The translations under genes were made by a program, and so were the position numbers. From Octopus sinensis (lineage: Eukaryota): a stretch of 64,000 bases of DNA. Location of the stretch: assembly GCF_006345805.1 (NCBI RefSeq), contig NC_042999.1, forward strand, positions 372,001 through 436,000. The letters run 5' to 3'. The notes below the pieces were generated by a model that saw only the letters and a list, made by a program, of their open reading frames with translations, made no database searches and was not told the DNA's origin. Below, piece by piece: positions 38,053 through 51,798 of the stretch; the first letter of the stretch is position 1, and every line of letters starts with the position of its first letter.

Positions 38053-38979
38053 GTTTCCGTAGGGTAATTTCTTTTACTAATTTTCACTTTAAATATGTAG
38101 AAAGAAAAGCTATATTCACTTTTATCCTCTTGTACAATAAAATTTACCATTTCATTATGGAAAAATACCTTAAGCTATACACTTTAGTTTCACGACGGTC
38201 GTACCGATGTGCAAATTTTAAAATACCATTTGAGGAAGTTTGCTGCTATCTAATGAAAAAACATTTGCTGATGTTCGCCGTTTATTTGTTAAATAACTCT
38301 GGGGGTTTATTATGTAATATGAGTCTTATCATGCAAGTCTACACATAGTATATTTCATTTTCCTCTTGCACGTTGATGAAACAATTGTAAACCATGGAGT
38401 ACCAACTACTACATACTTCACTTAATACACATCACTGCTCAGCGCTGTTACTGTGTAATTTGTTTACGGTGAAGTACTGAATAACGCAACCGGTCATCGA
38501 ACGATCACTTATTATAATACACATACATACATATTTATATTTATAAATTTCCGGTTTATGTGCAAAGACAAACTGAAGAAATATCTATTATTGACTGTTT
38601 ATGATAGTAAAAAACATAAACATAATATAATGCGAGGGTGGGCTTAGAAGAAACACAATGAAAGGTTTAATGCAAAAATCCATTCGTTTGAGGTTTTATT
38701 ATGGGATTTCAGTAGAAGCTTAAGAAAACATAATCAATATAATGTTGGGGAAAATTCTCTTTACAGATATTAATGTCTTTATGAAGTAAAAATGTGTTAA
38801 ACATTTTTTGCGAGTGGATTACTCCATAAATATTCTAACTGTTTCTTCGATACAGCGATATGAATAATATTCAATAATCGATGACAGACGATGGTTTTTA
38901 ACAACATCGATTCTTTTTGTTTTTGATACATAATATCTATAACTACTTTATATTTGGTAAAAAAAACATTACCGGTTAC

Positions 38980-39305
38980 AGGCGTGGCTGTGTGGTAAGA
39001 AGTTTAATTTCCAACCACATGGTTCCGGGTTCAGTCCCACCGCGTGGAACACTCGGGTATGTGCCTTCTACTATATCCTCGGACTTGTGAATGGATTTTG
39101 TAGCCGGAAACTGAAATAAATCCGTCGTGTGCATGCATGTGTGTATGTACCTTCGAGTTTCTGTTTGCTCTCCACTTGACAACCGGTGTTAGCATGTTTA
39201 TGTTCCCGTAACTTGATAGTTCGGCAAAAGAATCCGATAGAATAAGCTTTAAAAATATTAGTCCTTCGGCTAAAAGTGTCTTCAAGGCCATGCCGAAGCA
39301 TGGCC
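38980..39305 (+). mobile_element. SINE family A, diverged
   Basis: GGCGTGGCTGTGTGGTAAG...GGTTCAGTCCCACCGCGTGG. Confidence 0.75.
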
Positions 39306-39784
39306 GGGAACTAAAGGTTCATATATTATTCTTCGAGGTGTAAGTGTTGTTAAAAAGTGACTAATGAATGTTGCTACGAATATGAAGACAGTGTTCTGGT
39401 TGATGAGTGATGATGTTTATAATGATGATGATGAGGAGGATGAGGACGTGTGCGAGAATTTGAACCTGCTGTGTGCTTGCCCCACTTTTATTAATGTTGC
39501 ACCTCTCTCTCTGAAACACCTCTCACTTTCTCGTCTATGTTCTTCAAAAAGGCTGGTTTCGCCAGGTTTGTTTCCATTTCAAATTAATTTTGAAACAATT
39601 ATTTTGTGATTACAGGCCCCCAAATGGAGCACTAACAATAGAAAGCGACCCATCTATTCTGAAAAAATGAAAGGGGCAAAGTGGACCTTGGCGCGATTTG
39701 AACTCATAACGAACGTAGAGACGGAGGGAATGTCGTTAAACATTTTACCTGGCGGGCTGACGTTTCTGGCCGCTCGCCGCCTCA

Positions 39785-39876
39785 CTAGTACTACTACTAC
39801 TACTACTACCACTACTATACTACTGCTGCTGCTACTACTACTACTACAGCTACTACTACTACTACTACTACTAATA

Positions 39877-39960
<84 letters not shown>

Positions 39961-40218
39961 AAAAATAAATGCGCCCTTTTAAAGCCTAGCCAGGCTCATG
40001 GGCCCGGTTTCCTAGTTTCAATGGGGTATGTGTTCCCCCCAGCTGGACGAGACACCAGTCCATCGCAATGTTACTCATTTTTGTCAGCTGAGTGGACTGA
40101 AGCAACGTGAAACGAAGTGTTCCGCTCAAGAACACAGCGCGTCGCCCTGCCCAGGAATCGAAACCACAATCTTACGATCATGATGCAGACACCCTAACCA
40201 CAAAGTCACGTGCCTCCA

Positions 40219-40275
<57 letters not shown>

Positions 40276-40361
40276 CACCACTACTACTATTACTACTACT
40301 ACCACCACCACCACCACCACTACCACTACTACTACTAGTACTACTACCACCACTACCACCA

Positions 40362-40403
<42 letters not shown>

Positions 40404-40445
40404 CACCGCCGCCAACAACAACAACAACAGCAGCAACAACAGCCT
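39785..40445. repeat. (CTA)n/(CCA)n trinucleotide tract interrupted by a SINE
   Basis: Repeat lies on both sides of 39962-40219. Confidence 0.9.
39962..40219 (-). mobile_element. SINE family D
   Basis: Homologous to 29285-29539. Confidence 0.85.
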
Positions 40446-41216
40446 CTATAACAATGGCAATAATAATCAAGTTAATATATGAATTGGATAGAATAATAAT
40501 CGGATAGAAACTGTATTATTTTTCCTGTCCATTTCATGATTTCGTTCCATTTACGTTTGTTTTTATTTGTGTATTTTGCTTTGGAGCAAATTATTCATTT
40601 GTTCAAATATTGTCGCCCATTGGAACAGGCTGTAAAGTTTCCTAAAGCAACTCAAACACAGCGCTGCTGTTGTAGCGTTACCTAAACAGCTTAGATTATA
40701 CAGCCGCAGAGTATTAATCAGATTTAATGTCTAGTGAATTGGCTCGCAATTTTACAAGATTTTATTTATGGTAGTGAATATGAAATTAAGAATTAAATTC
40801 GTTCTTCGACAGACGATATTTGAAGGATTATGTATTGAAATATATTCACGCAATGCAGACAGAATTTTGTGATAAACTATGTAGTTAAGGTGGTGATGCG
40901 GTGACAATTAAGAATATGTCCCCGGCCTTTTACGAGGCCGGAGAAACTAAGAGGAATAGAGTCAAATCAGAGTTTAAGTGGCTTTAGAGCAACTCGCATA
41001 TTTTAGTCATTTTTCTTCTTCCCATTGAATGAGGATTATTTCCGTCTCGCCATGATTTAAGTACGGTTGCCTGCGCTAAGCAATATTTCTTACGAACAAT
41101 GTACGCTTGCAACATTGCACGTAATCGCTACAAACCCTGTCATGTACATACATATATACATACATACATGTGTATACATACATACATACATACATACATA
41201 CGTATATGTATATACT

Positions 41217-41520
41217 GGAGGCGCAATGGCCAAGTGGTTAGGGCAGCGGACTTGCGGTCGGAGGATCACGGTTTCGATTCCCAGACCGGGCGTTGTGTGT
41301 GTTTGTAGAGCGAAAAAACGTGAAAGCTTCACGAGGCCCCGGCAGGGGATGGTGGTGACCCCTGTTGTACTTTTTCGCCATAACCTTCTCTCACTCTCTC
41401 TTCCTGTTTCATGAGTACCGTCTGCAATGGACTGGCGTCCCGTCCAGCTGTGGGAACACATACGTCACAGAAAACAGGAAACCGGGCCCATGAGCCTGGC
41501 TAGGCTTGAAAAGGACGACG
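41217..41520 (+). mobile_element. SINE with a family C head and a family D (V-like) tail
   Basis: GGAGGCGCAATGGCCAAGTGGTTAGGGCAGCGG...GTTTCGATTCCC, then CTGCAATGGACTGGCGTCCCGTCCAGCTG...GAGCCTGGCTAGGCTT. Confidence 0.8.
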
Positions 41521-41584
41521 TTTATAGTTATATCTATATATATATATATCAACACACACGTACATACTTGCATATATACTTATA

Positions 41585-41986
41585 CTCTTTACTCTTTTAC
41601 TTGTTTCAGTCATTTGACTGCGGCCATGCTGGAGCACCGCCTTTAGTCGAGCAAATCAACCCCGGGACTTATTCCTTGTAAGCCCAGTATTTATTCTATC
41701 GGTCTCTTTTTGCCGAACCGCTAAGTTACGGGGACGTAAACACCAGCATCGGTTGTCAAGCAATGCTAGGGGGACAAACACAGACACACAAGCACATATA
41801 TATATATATATATACATATATTCGACAGGCTTCTTTCAGTTTCCGTCTACCAAATCCACTCACAAGGCATTGGTCGGCCCGGGGCTATAGCAGAAGACAC
41901 TTGCCCAAGGTGTCACGCAGTGGGACTGAACCCGGAACCATGTGGTTGGTTAGCAAGCTACTTACCACACAGCCACTCCTGCGCCT
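41585..41986 (-). mobile_element. SINE family A, young full-length copy
   Basis: Family A consensus. Confidence 0.9.
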
Positions 41987-42599
41987 ATATATATATGTAT
42001 TAAGGAAGAGGCAGTCTGTGTGCAAGAAGACAGCGATGAATATGTGTTTCTGTCTCAATAAATGTCTTCAGTACAAGAGACGAGAAAACTAGAAATCTAT
42101 GCACAGTCATGGCTGTGTCACTGAAGCATTCACTTTGCAATCACGTGCTTTCAGGTTCAGCTCTACCGCGGACCACTTTAGGTAAATGTCTTCTACATCG
42201 GCCCCGGGACCATCAATGCTTTGTGAATGAATCTAGGAAACGGAAATTGGAAGCCAATGATGTGTGTGTGTGTGTTGTGTGTGTGTGTGTGTGTGTCTGT
42301 CCTATATCCTTACTGAGAGTGCTTTGCATGTTATAGCAGAAACAGCTGTGAGATAATGAAGTTAATGTCATGATCTCTTATTCCTTTGCCATTTCTTTAA
42401 TTTCTTACAAACACACACACACACGTACACATGCACACATATATACACACACATGTATATAAGTGGTCTCACGTAGCTAAGAGTTGTTTTGCTACTTATT
42501 CCTAGCAATGCTGATGCTGACCAGAACAATCCTTCCCTCCGTCAATTTGGTGATAACTATACTTGTTGCCTTTCAGTTGTAAACTGCGAATAGCCAGCG

Positions 42600-42684
42600 C
42601 CATAATTTACACACACATACCACACACACATAATAAATGTATATACATACACACACACACATACAACATATATTATATATATAT

Positions 42685-42717
<33 letters not shown>

Positions 42718-42803
42718 TATATTATATGTATATATATATATACATGTATATATATACATATATATGTATATATTATATATATTATATATATATATTATAT
42801 ATG

Positions 42804-42896
<93 letters not shown>

Positions 42897-42952
42897 GTAT
42901 TTGTGTATATATATATAAATACATATACATACACACCCTTATATATATATAT
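42600..42952. repeat. (TA)n-rich microsatellite
   Basis: Direct reading of the sequence. Confidence 0.9.
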
Positions 42953-43099
42953 TCACAACGACCTCGACCCACAAGTGTAAACAGAGAGACAGTGACAGGC
43001 AGAAACAAGGAAAATGCCACTTGTATTTGAACACTATACAAAGATTCTTTTAAAAACACTTTTCTGTTAAGTTTTCTAAATTTAATTATTTAATTGTTA

Positions 43100-43135
43100 C
43101 AGTTGAAAAAGTCTCAATGACTGAAACCGGTACTG
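43100..43135 (+). ncRNA. Minimal type I hammerhead-like motif with a U3-A8 core variant, in element 42960-43185
   Basis: CAG-TTGAAAA-AGTC TCAAT GACT-GAAA-CCGG-TA-CTG. Confidence 0.6.
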
Positions 43136-43202
43136 AAATTTTTTTTATAAAATTATTTTAGCATTTTCTATCTTGACTTTTTTCAATATATATATTATAT
43201 AT

Positions 43203-43308
<106 letters not shown>

Positions 43309-45396
43309 TATCAATATATACCAACATAAAGTCAGGGGGTGGTAGATATGAAAATAGATTTATTTTTTCATACGACTTCCACATGGCTACAGCCGTTTCG
43401 TAATCTTCTTCATGTGGTAATATTAATTTCAGGAAGCAAAATTATCCTACCACTTTTGCATCAATATGCATTCTTCGCATTATACAATGCAACCATAAAT
43501 ATAAAAATTCATGGAAAGAAAGACACCAACTCATCAGAACACCGGAATATCATGGTTACATCTACGATTCAACGCCCATTTAATATGTAGAAGACATACA
43601 GGTAGAAGACCTGTTAGTAAAAACCACACCTTACTGCGCATACCACTACTCTCTACCACATATCTGCTATTCATTATCTTCAAATTCTTCACGTGTTGTG
43701 ATGAAGAGGTTCTAACCCTGAAATATTCAAGAAATACAAAGTTAAGTGTTAATCGTTGTTTTGATTTCACTTCTGTATTTCATTCCTTTTGCACTGATTA
43801 TGCCTTTAAACAAGTTCTAATCCAATTTAGTTTCACAATGCTTCCCCCACAATGTATATTAGTTAACCAACCTGATATTCAGATAGATAATTACCGATGT
43901 GTTTTGAGGAGGCGTAAATATATTTGAATTTGATGGGAGTTGTCACTTCCAGGTTTGTTTTCCTCGGGGTCATTATTAAGGCAAGTCACCCTAAATATCT
44001 TAAAACAAGGAATCGAGAACGCCGCTCAGCAAGAGCTTACAAAGAATCTATTACTCTCATCTAAATATCGATTTCTTCTTTAGGCCAACGACCTCAAATT
44101 CATGGTCGACCGTAAAGAATTTAACATCGTACATGTCTTTGCTTGAAGATATTGTCAGACTAAATAAAATAAAATTACTTCAACGTGGAATTAAAAAAGA
44201 TTTTAGGCATTGCTAAGAACGTATTTCTTGTTCTTCGCTGTACACTGGATAAATAAGAAATGATAAAAGTATTTACAAAAATTGAGTAAGATTGTCTTTT
44301 TTAAACGAAATGCAATTATTTGGGTTGGTATTTCATAAGAATTTTCTACTCAATTTTTTTTTTTCATTTTTCTATTTCTTTACTGAAAATCAGTCTATTA
44401 CTTTCTAAAATTACGAGGTTGAATGAAATAATTGTAGTTCATTTATGTGTTTATTTATATATTTATTATACCTGATGTTACTAAAATGTAAAAAAAAAAA
44501 GAAAATAGATATGAATACCGAAACGACATTCCAAGTTTATGAGAAATGACATACAGAAAATAATTGAATACAAGCTAACTATAATTATATCATTTTTGCC
44601 TCGATCGCTGATGTTTTAGAGCGGAAGTAGATATTTTCTGTAATGTTTTTCTTTGTCAAACTAAGTCGGTAATTTATATTGTTACCAATATAAAACATGA
44701 CTATTATCATTACAGTCAGGAATCTGGTTATGTTACAGTGTATGTAATTATTTCTCATACATCCCAATTACACAACTAATTTTCTTATGTATATTTCATT
44801 TGAATTTTATTTATTACTCGGCTACATGAATACATTTTTATAGTATTGTTATTAAGGTTTACTGTAAAACTATTAGCTTTTACTCTGAAATAGAGATTCA
44901 GCTACTGGCGTACCGAGTTCGGAATTGGATTTAGATTCATGCTTACAGCGATGTAAACTTGTTTATTTTTGTACCTCATTCATTTGTTTCTTCAGCATAC
45001 ACACGCGCAACAGCGTGGACGCCTAAAGAGAAATACACAGATACACACGCACAATAAACGTGCGCATGTATTAATTCCGAACTGGGGTTCAATCCGTTCT
45101 TCTTGTTCCAGAAATCCAATTCAAAAGGAGATGTTTACTCACTTTTCCGTCCTTCAGGTTTATTGTCGACTCCCTGTGTGTAATATAGTGGAAATAGAAC
45201 CTTATCTTCTCAAAGAATACAATAAAGTCTTATAAATGTTAAATGTTATATCCTTTTATCTATTTGGTTTCAAATATTTGATCATAATATTTATTCTTCA
45301 ACCAATGCCCCCAAATCGAAGAACGTCAAGCTCCTATAAATAAAAATTATTCACCAATTTGGTGTTGAACACTCATTCTCACTGTTCTATATTAAC

Positions 45397-45485
<89 letters not shown>

Positions 45486-45723
45486 TAATAATAATAATAA
45501 TAATAATAATGATAATAATAATAATAGATTGGAAAATAAAATACTTCGATTAGTGTGTTTAAATGTTGAGTACAACACCGGCACGGTTTAAGCTAGCTGT
45601 TGTCATCCACAGTTGTGGTACACTTCCGTTGAATCGATCTCAGGAACTCTGCAATAACAGTTAGGATAAGAGTATTAGTTAATAGTAGTTGATGGATTTC
45701 GTTTCGTATTAGACTTTTACTAG

Positions 45724-45768
45724 GTACAACATATATTTCAAACCATCAGCTTCGGTCTCTTCAGGTAC
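45724..45768 (-). ncRNA. Type I hammerhead-like motif
   Basis: Minus strand GTAC-CTGAAGA-GACC GAAGCTGAT GGTT T-GAAA-TATATG-TT-GTAC. Confidence 0.55.
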
Positions 45769-46011
45769 ATTGATAAAGATATCTCACTAGAGATTTTTGG
45801 TGTTGGCTGGTTTGTTGTGATATGCCTATGAAGTTAAATGAATAAAAGAAATTAATATGGTCTTTATTCATTCCCGAAAATGAGGGGCATATATGTATTA
45901 AAATATATGTATATATATACATTTAAATAAATGTATGTACATATATACATTTATTAATATATATGTATATATTTATATACATTTATATATATATGTATAT
46001 ATATATATATA

Positions 46012-46312
46012 AAGTGAGTGTTTATTGAGCGAAAACACCTAAAAGCTCCACGAGGCTCGGCAGGGTATGGTGGTGATCCCTGCTGTACTCTTTCACCACA
46101 ACTTTCTCTCACTCTTACTTCCTGTTTCTGTTGTACCTGTATTTCAAGGGCCGGCCTTGTCACTCTCTGTGTACGCTGAATATCCCCGAGAACTACGTTA
46201 AGTGTACACGTGTCTATGGAGTGCTCAGCCACTTACGTTAATTTCACGAGCAGGCTTTTCCGTTGATTCGGATCAACCGGAAACCTCATCGTCGTAACCG
46301 ACGGAGTGCTTC
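46012..46312 (+). mobile_element. Headless SINE family C body with the tail shared with 34370-34695
   Basis: GTGAGTGTTTATTGAGCGAAAACACCTAAAAGCTCCACGAGG...CGTCGTAACCGACGGAGTGC. Confidence 0.75.
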
Positions 46313-46440
46313 CACTATATGTACATTTATATATATATGCATTTATATTAATATATATATATATATATATGCATGTATGTATATATATATAGCCATGTAT
46401 TTATGTATGTATGTATGTATTATATATATATATAATTATA

Positions 46441-46491
<51 letters not shown>

Positions 46492-47086
46492 AGTTCCAAA
46501 AATAGGTTAGTAGGTGGGCAGGTAAGAGCGAAAAAACTGAACCAAGAATTTTGCACATGCTGTTTATTCATCATTCCTGTACAGGATGGTTCACTGTTAA
46601 CTGGCCTTAAAATTTTGTGGTATTTAACGTTTTAACAGCTCCTAAATTTCCATGGTTACGATAATTGCTGCCTCGGGAAACCTTTTGGAAAACAACTTCT
46701 TTAGATAAATATAGCATTCGTCAGTTTCGAGTGTTGTATTAAGTTCAACATTGCCATGGTTACATCTAAGCGAATTATGGAAATCGTAGGTTGTCTAAAT
46801 GAAAACAACGCCTATAGCTGATTGCGGACATTACATACACTGCCAGCTAGAAGGGAGTTTGTTAGGGAGTATTGGAAAGAGGTTTGTACAGGACTATTAT
46901 ATTAGCTGTCACGGTGATAACGATGACATTAGGGCGATATCATTGCCAATTGCTGTAACCTTCATTTCACTAACACAGCTACAAGCAACATTTAATATAT
47001 TGGTTTTAAATTCTGGCATCAGCCTAGCAATTTCGAGTGAGTTGTAAGTTCATTCCATCGAGTCTAGTGTACAATATTGTACTAAA

Positions 47087-47640
47087 GGCGGGAGCTGGCA
47101 GAAGCGTTAGCACGCCGGGCGAAATGCTTACCGGTATTTCGTCTGCCGTTACGTTCAGAGTTCAAATTCCGCCGAGGTCGACTTTGCCTTTCATCCTTTC
47201 GGGGTTGATAATTTAAGTACCAGTTACGCACTGGGGTCGATTTAATCGACTTAATCCGTTTGTCTGTCTTTGTTTGTCCCCTCTGTGTTTGGCCTCTTGT
47301 GGGTAGTAAAGAAATAGGTACTTATTTTATCGACCCTCGAGAGGTTGTAAGGCAATGTCAACCCTGGCGGCAGAATTTAAACCAAGATCATGAAGAAGGG
47401 GGACATTTAATATATTATAATGTATATTAGGGCGGTGAGGTGGCAGAATCGTTACCGCGCCGGAAAATAATGCTTAGCTGTATTTCAGCCGACTTTATGT
47501 CCTGAGTTCAAATTCCGCCGAGGTCGACATTTCCTTTCATTTTTTCGGGGATACGATAAAATAAGTACTAGTTGAACACTAGGGTCGACGTAATCAACTT
47601 ACCCCCTTCTCGGAATTAGTGCCGTTGTGGCAGAACTTGA
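47087..47640 (+). mobile_element. Two SINE family B copies (47087-47320 and 47429-47640)
   Basis: Family B consensus. Confidence 0.8.
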
Positions 47641-47909
47641 AACCATCATAATGGTATGGCTGTGTGGTTAAGAAACTTGCCACGAAAATGCCGTTGCCCA
47701 GACTGACCAATGCCAATGTATGTATGTGATTGTGTGTGTGTGATTGTGTGTATGTGTGCGTGTGTGTATGTGTATGCATGTGCGTATGTGCATGTATGTA
47801 TGTATTTCATTATTCAGTTTTATTTCAAGATTTCTTGCCAATAGAGAAAGAAACGGTTTCTAACCTAGATCCAAGGTTCCTTCATTGCAATTTTAACATC
47901 AACATCAGG

Positions 47910-48208
47910 GTATGTAATGTATGTATGTATGTATGTATGTATGTATGTATGTATGTATGTATGTATGTATGTGTGTATGTACGAATGTATGTATGTATGT
48001 GTGTATGTATGTAGAATGTATGAATGTATGTATGTGTGTATGTATGTATGTATGTATGTATGTATGTGTATACGTATGCATGAATGTATGTATGTGTGTA
48101 TGTATGAATGTATGTATGTATGTATGTGCGTATGTATGTATGCATGTATGTATGTATGTATGTATGTATGTATGTATTTATGTATATATGTATGTATGTA
48201 TGTATGTA
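47910..48208. repeat. (TATG)n microsatellite
   Basis: Direct reading of the sequence. Confidence 0.9.
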
Positions 48209-48605
48209 AGTAACTGTTTCTGCTTGCGTCTTACACAAAGTCCCACCGCTCGACAACTGGTGATGGTTCGTGCCTATCTTCGCAAGTTAGCGGTTCTGAA
48301 TAAGAGACAGACAAAATAAGTGCCGGACCTAAATTTAAAATAACTACTAAGATAGTTTTGTGCGGCTAAGTTCTTCAATGTGCGTCGCCGCATGGCTACA
48401 GTCCAGTGAGAGAAACGAATGAAAGATACCAGTTATTTCAACAATTTCATAAAATTTTATGTTAAATCATTTTACTATTCAACAGTGAGTCCATAAAGCC
48501 CTGTTAAAAATACAACGATATTTAGAAAATAAAGTTAACTAGACGTATAAATTCTGGATAAAATTAGTCTACAGTAAATGGAAGGAAAGAAGGACGAAAT
48601 AATCT

Positions 48606-49005
48606 TTAGGCACAAGGCCCGAAATTTTGGGGGAGGGGCCAGTCGATTACATCGACACCAGTATACAACTGGTAGTTAATCTATCGATCCCGAAAGGATG
48701 AAAGTTAAAGTCAACCTCGGCGGAATTTGAACTCAGAACATAGCGGCAGACGAAATACCTATTTCTATTTCTTTACTACCCACAAGGGGCTAAACACAGA
48801 GGGGACAAACAAGGACAGACAACCGGATTAATTCGATTACATCGACCCCAGTACGTAACTGGTACTTAATTCATCGACCCCGAAAGGATGAAAGGCAAAG
48901 TCGACCTCGGCGGAATTTGAACTCAGAACGTAGCTGCAGACGAAATACCGCTAAGCATTTCGCCTAGCATGCTAACGTTTCTTATTTCTTTATTACCCAC
49001 AACGG
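48606..49005 (-). mobile_element. SINE family B dimer
   Basis: Family B consensus on the minus strand. Confidence 0.85.
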
Positions 49006-49139
49006 GTTGACGAATATAAGAAACAAACAACACATTGGGGACATTAAACGCAAAAGAAACCTATGATAAAAATGAGAGGGTGAAAATGAAAGATGAAAGC
49101 GATGTTACCTGCCCCAACGGATAACATCACTTACCTGTC

Positions 49140-49812
49140 CTCTTTTCCTATGTTCTCTTCTTATAGTCTATTGAAAAATACATAGTCTCTTTATTTCAGC
49201 CCGTACCGTTTTTCTAGTTCTTTTTTTCTCATCCGAGTCTTTCGCCTTTCTCATTGTCCCCAAAACATTAATCAGTTCCTCTTCAAATTCTCTCACTTGT
49301 TTTTCCGTAAAATGCACCTCCGTATACTCTTCCTCATTCCAACTATCCGGCAATTCAACTTTACCCTAGTCCCTCAATATTTTCAACAGGTCATCGTTTT
49401 CCTTGTCTAATAAACCTATACCGGGAGGGGAATTTTGAAAGCAGTTCTGTATGTCTATTTTTTGTTTTTCTTGCTGGCGGGAGTGGGTAGGTTTTGTGTC
49501 TGCAGGGGAAGGGTGGGTGGAAGAGGGCGTGGGTGGTGCTGGGGTGAGTTGGGGTTCATTATAACTTGCCTTCTTTCTTTTTCTTTTCCTCCTTTTACTA
49601 CTGGTTTCCCATCCTGCTTTATCTTCCATCATTTCTTCTTCTATCTCTCTTTGTTCCTCTTGCGGCTCCCGGGTATCTTCTATCTCTTTTACGGGTTCCA
49701 TTCCCTCGTTGGTTCCTTCGCTGGTGGAGGGCAGTTAGCTCTTATGTGGCCTTTCAGGCCGCATTTAAGACATCGAGGAGTTCTGACCTCTGCACTCGCA
49801 CACTTATGTCTC
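49140..49812 (-). pseudogene. Retroelement gag/ORF1-like fragment with a CCHC zinc knuckle
   Basis: CLKCGLKGHIRANC (49731-49772), then after a frameshift an acidic segment, WETSSKRRKRKRKK and a Pro-rich segment, with an in-frame stop at 49366. Confidence 0.7.
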
Positions 49813-51758
49813 CCAACGTGCAAGTGGCTGATCACTCCACAGACACGTGGTGGGACTGAACCCGGAACCATCAGTTTGGGAAATAAACTTTTGCAACACA
49901 GCAGCGCCTGTGTCAAGAAGTGCCATATTTTCTCAAAACAACATCATAACTATCGTAAAATAGAAAACGATATGAAACCTAATGCACAATTATCCCAAAG
50001 AAGTTGTGAATTACTTTGCAAGCTCAGTCTACTAGGCTGATTTGATTACTATTCTACCCACCATAATTAGGTGTTTGTAACGGCGATTACAACCGTATAC
50101 AACTTTAAAATGTCTGATTTATATCTGACACACTAGATGAAGATATAATCTGTTTTGCTTGTATCAGCGATCCATTATGTATTGTAGAAATACGTAATTT
50201 AATTTGACAAACGACAAAAAACAGAAAAGACCCAAACATTCCCATGACTTATACTAATTCTTGTAAGATTTACTAAAATTGTGACTTTATATAGTAGTCA
50301 GTTATGGTGAGACAGTGTCACGTGACAACTTGCTGGGGCTGTGAGTCAATCATCGGCTGAGACTCGCTGACGCTACATCGAAGAGGCAAGGGAACAGAAG
50401 AAAGAAGAAGAAAGAAGACATGCACCCAACACCAGAGCTGAAGACACCTCCGAAAGGGGGGAGGCGCCACGTCAAAACGGTTGAGGAGTAGGGGCCGAAA
50501 CCGGACGTGGTTCCTCCTGATGATGTCTTCTGCTAACTGGATCCTATAAAGGAGCTGTTGTGGTAACAGGCCACGAAACACGGTTGTAATTCCTTCCAAT
50601 AAACACAAAGAGACAAGAATAAAAAACACCCAAACAAATAAGAAACAAGAAACATTAGGACGCTCCATTTTACAGTAATGATTGATTTCAAATATTTTTA
50701 CGAAATTTCGAGAACGTGTTAAGCAATCAGTATTGAACACCAAGAGTATAATCTCTTGTTCTACTTGTAATACGATGATCAATCGAATTGCGTTATGTCG
50801 CTTCTATTTATCCATTTTTTTACACATGCGTAATGTTCTACAATTTCAACTGGCAAATTCCGGATAATTGGCCGCACATATAAACCAGTACATTGTTTTA
50901 CACGACATTTTGTGATAATGCAGTTTTGCAGATGCTTCAGAAAATATATTTTTGTGATATTTTCTCTTGCGGAAATAAATTATATAAGTGACATTTCTAC
51001 GTAATATTGCCTCCTATGTAGGTCAATATGTTTTCTTGTAAATACCACTCGTTCAATTGGTTTTCTGTATTTGTTAGTCTCAGAACTGTTATGATATATG
51101 TAATCCATTACACCATTCGTTTTTATGTGTAATTATATTCTCTTCACACAGCACCAAAAAAAAAAAGAAAAAGAAATTATGTAAGAAAGAAAATAAACAA
51201 TAACTGTCTCATAAAAATACTTCGCTGAATCGGAAAATTTACCATAAATTTCAATTTACGTGCCAGTAAGCAATTGTTGTTCGGATGTTATCCAAGAAGC
51301 AGTCAAGTATATTTTACTCAAACAGTAACACTTTCGCTGTGCTTTTCGCTGCATTTGTGGCGTGTGGCGGGCGGTAAAGATATGTGGTGGGGACTTGAAC
51401 GTGAGCCGTGAAAAACGCGATGTTTTACGCCCGGTGCTTTGCTTAAAAACGATGTTATTTGTTCAACAGAAAATGGCTCGGAATTATGCGCTCAGATTTG
51501 CTATCTGAATTCAAAAGAAATGAAAATAAATAAATGAAAATGCTGTTAGAAATTTATTCGGGTCAGCGAAGACGACAATGTAAGATTTAAATGCATCGTA
51601 CTTGGCAATATGTCTAGCCACTGGGAAATATTTGAAAGCGAGAGTTATTTTGCTGAGATTTATACGAGAATATATCTACATTCAAATGAACATTTTCAAT
51701 TAAAAACACAGATAAGAGTGGGTGGATACAACTGATACACACACACACGCACACACAG

Positions 51759-51798
<40 letters not shown>

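Noticed and set aside
40918-40955. Hairpin CCGGCCT-TTTACG-AGGCCGG followed by CTAA (Helitron 3' end or terminator)
   Set aside because: No matching 5' end, the next base is not T, and a bacterial terminator makes no sense here.
41217-41290. tRNA gene (also other SINE heads, e.g. 30015-30095)
   Set aside because: A/B boxes are present, but there is no clean cloverleaf or acceptor stem, and each head continues into a repeated SINE body.
47808-47910. Hammerhead-like AACCT..AGGTT-A-GAAACCG on the minus strand
   Set aside because: The CUGAnGA core and stem I are missing.
49435-50040. 201-aa + strand ORF
   Set aside because: It is the antisense shadow of the purine-rich ORF1 fragment plus SINE pieces.
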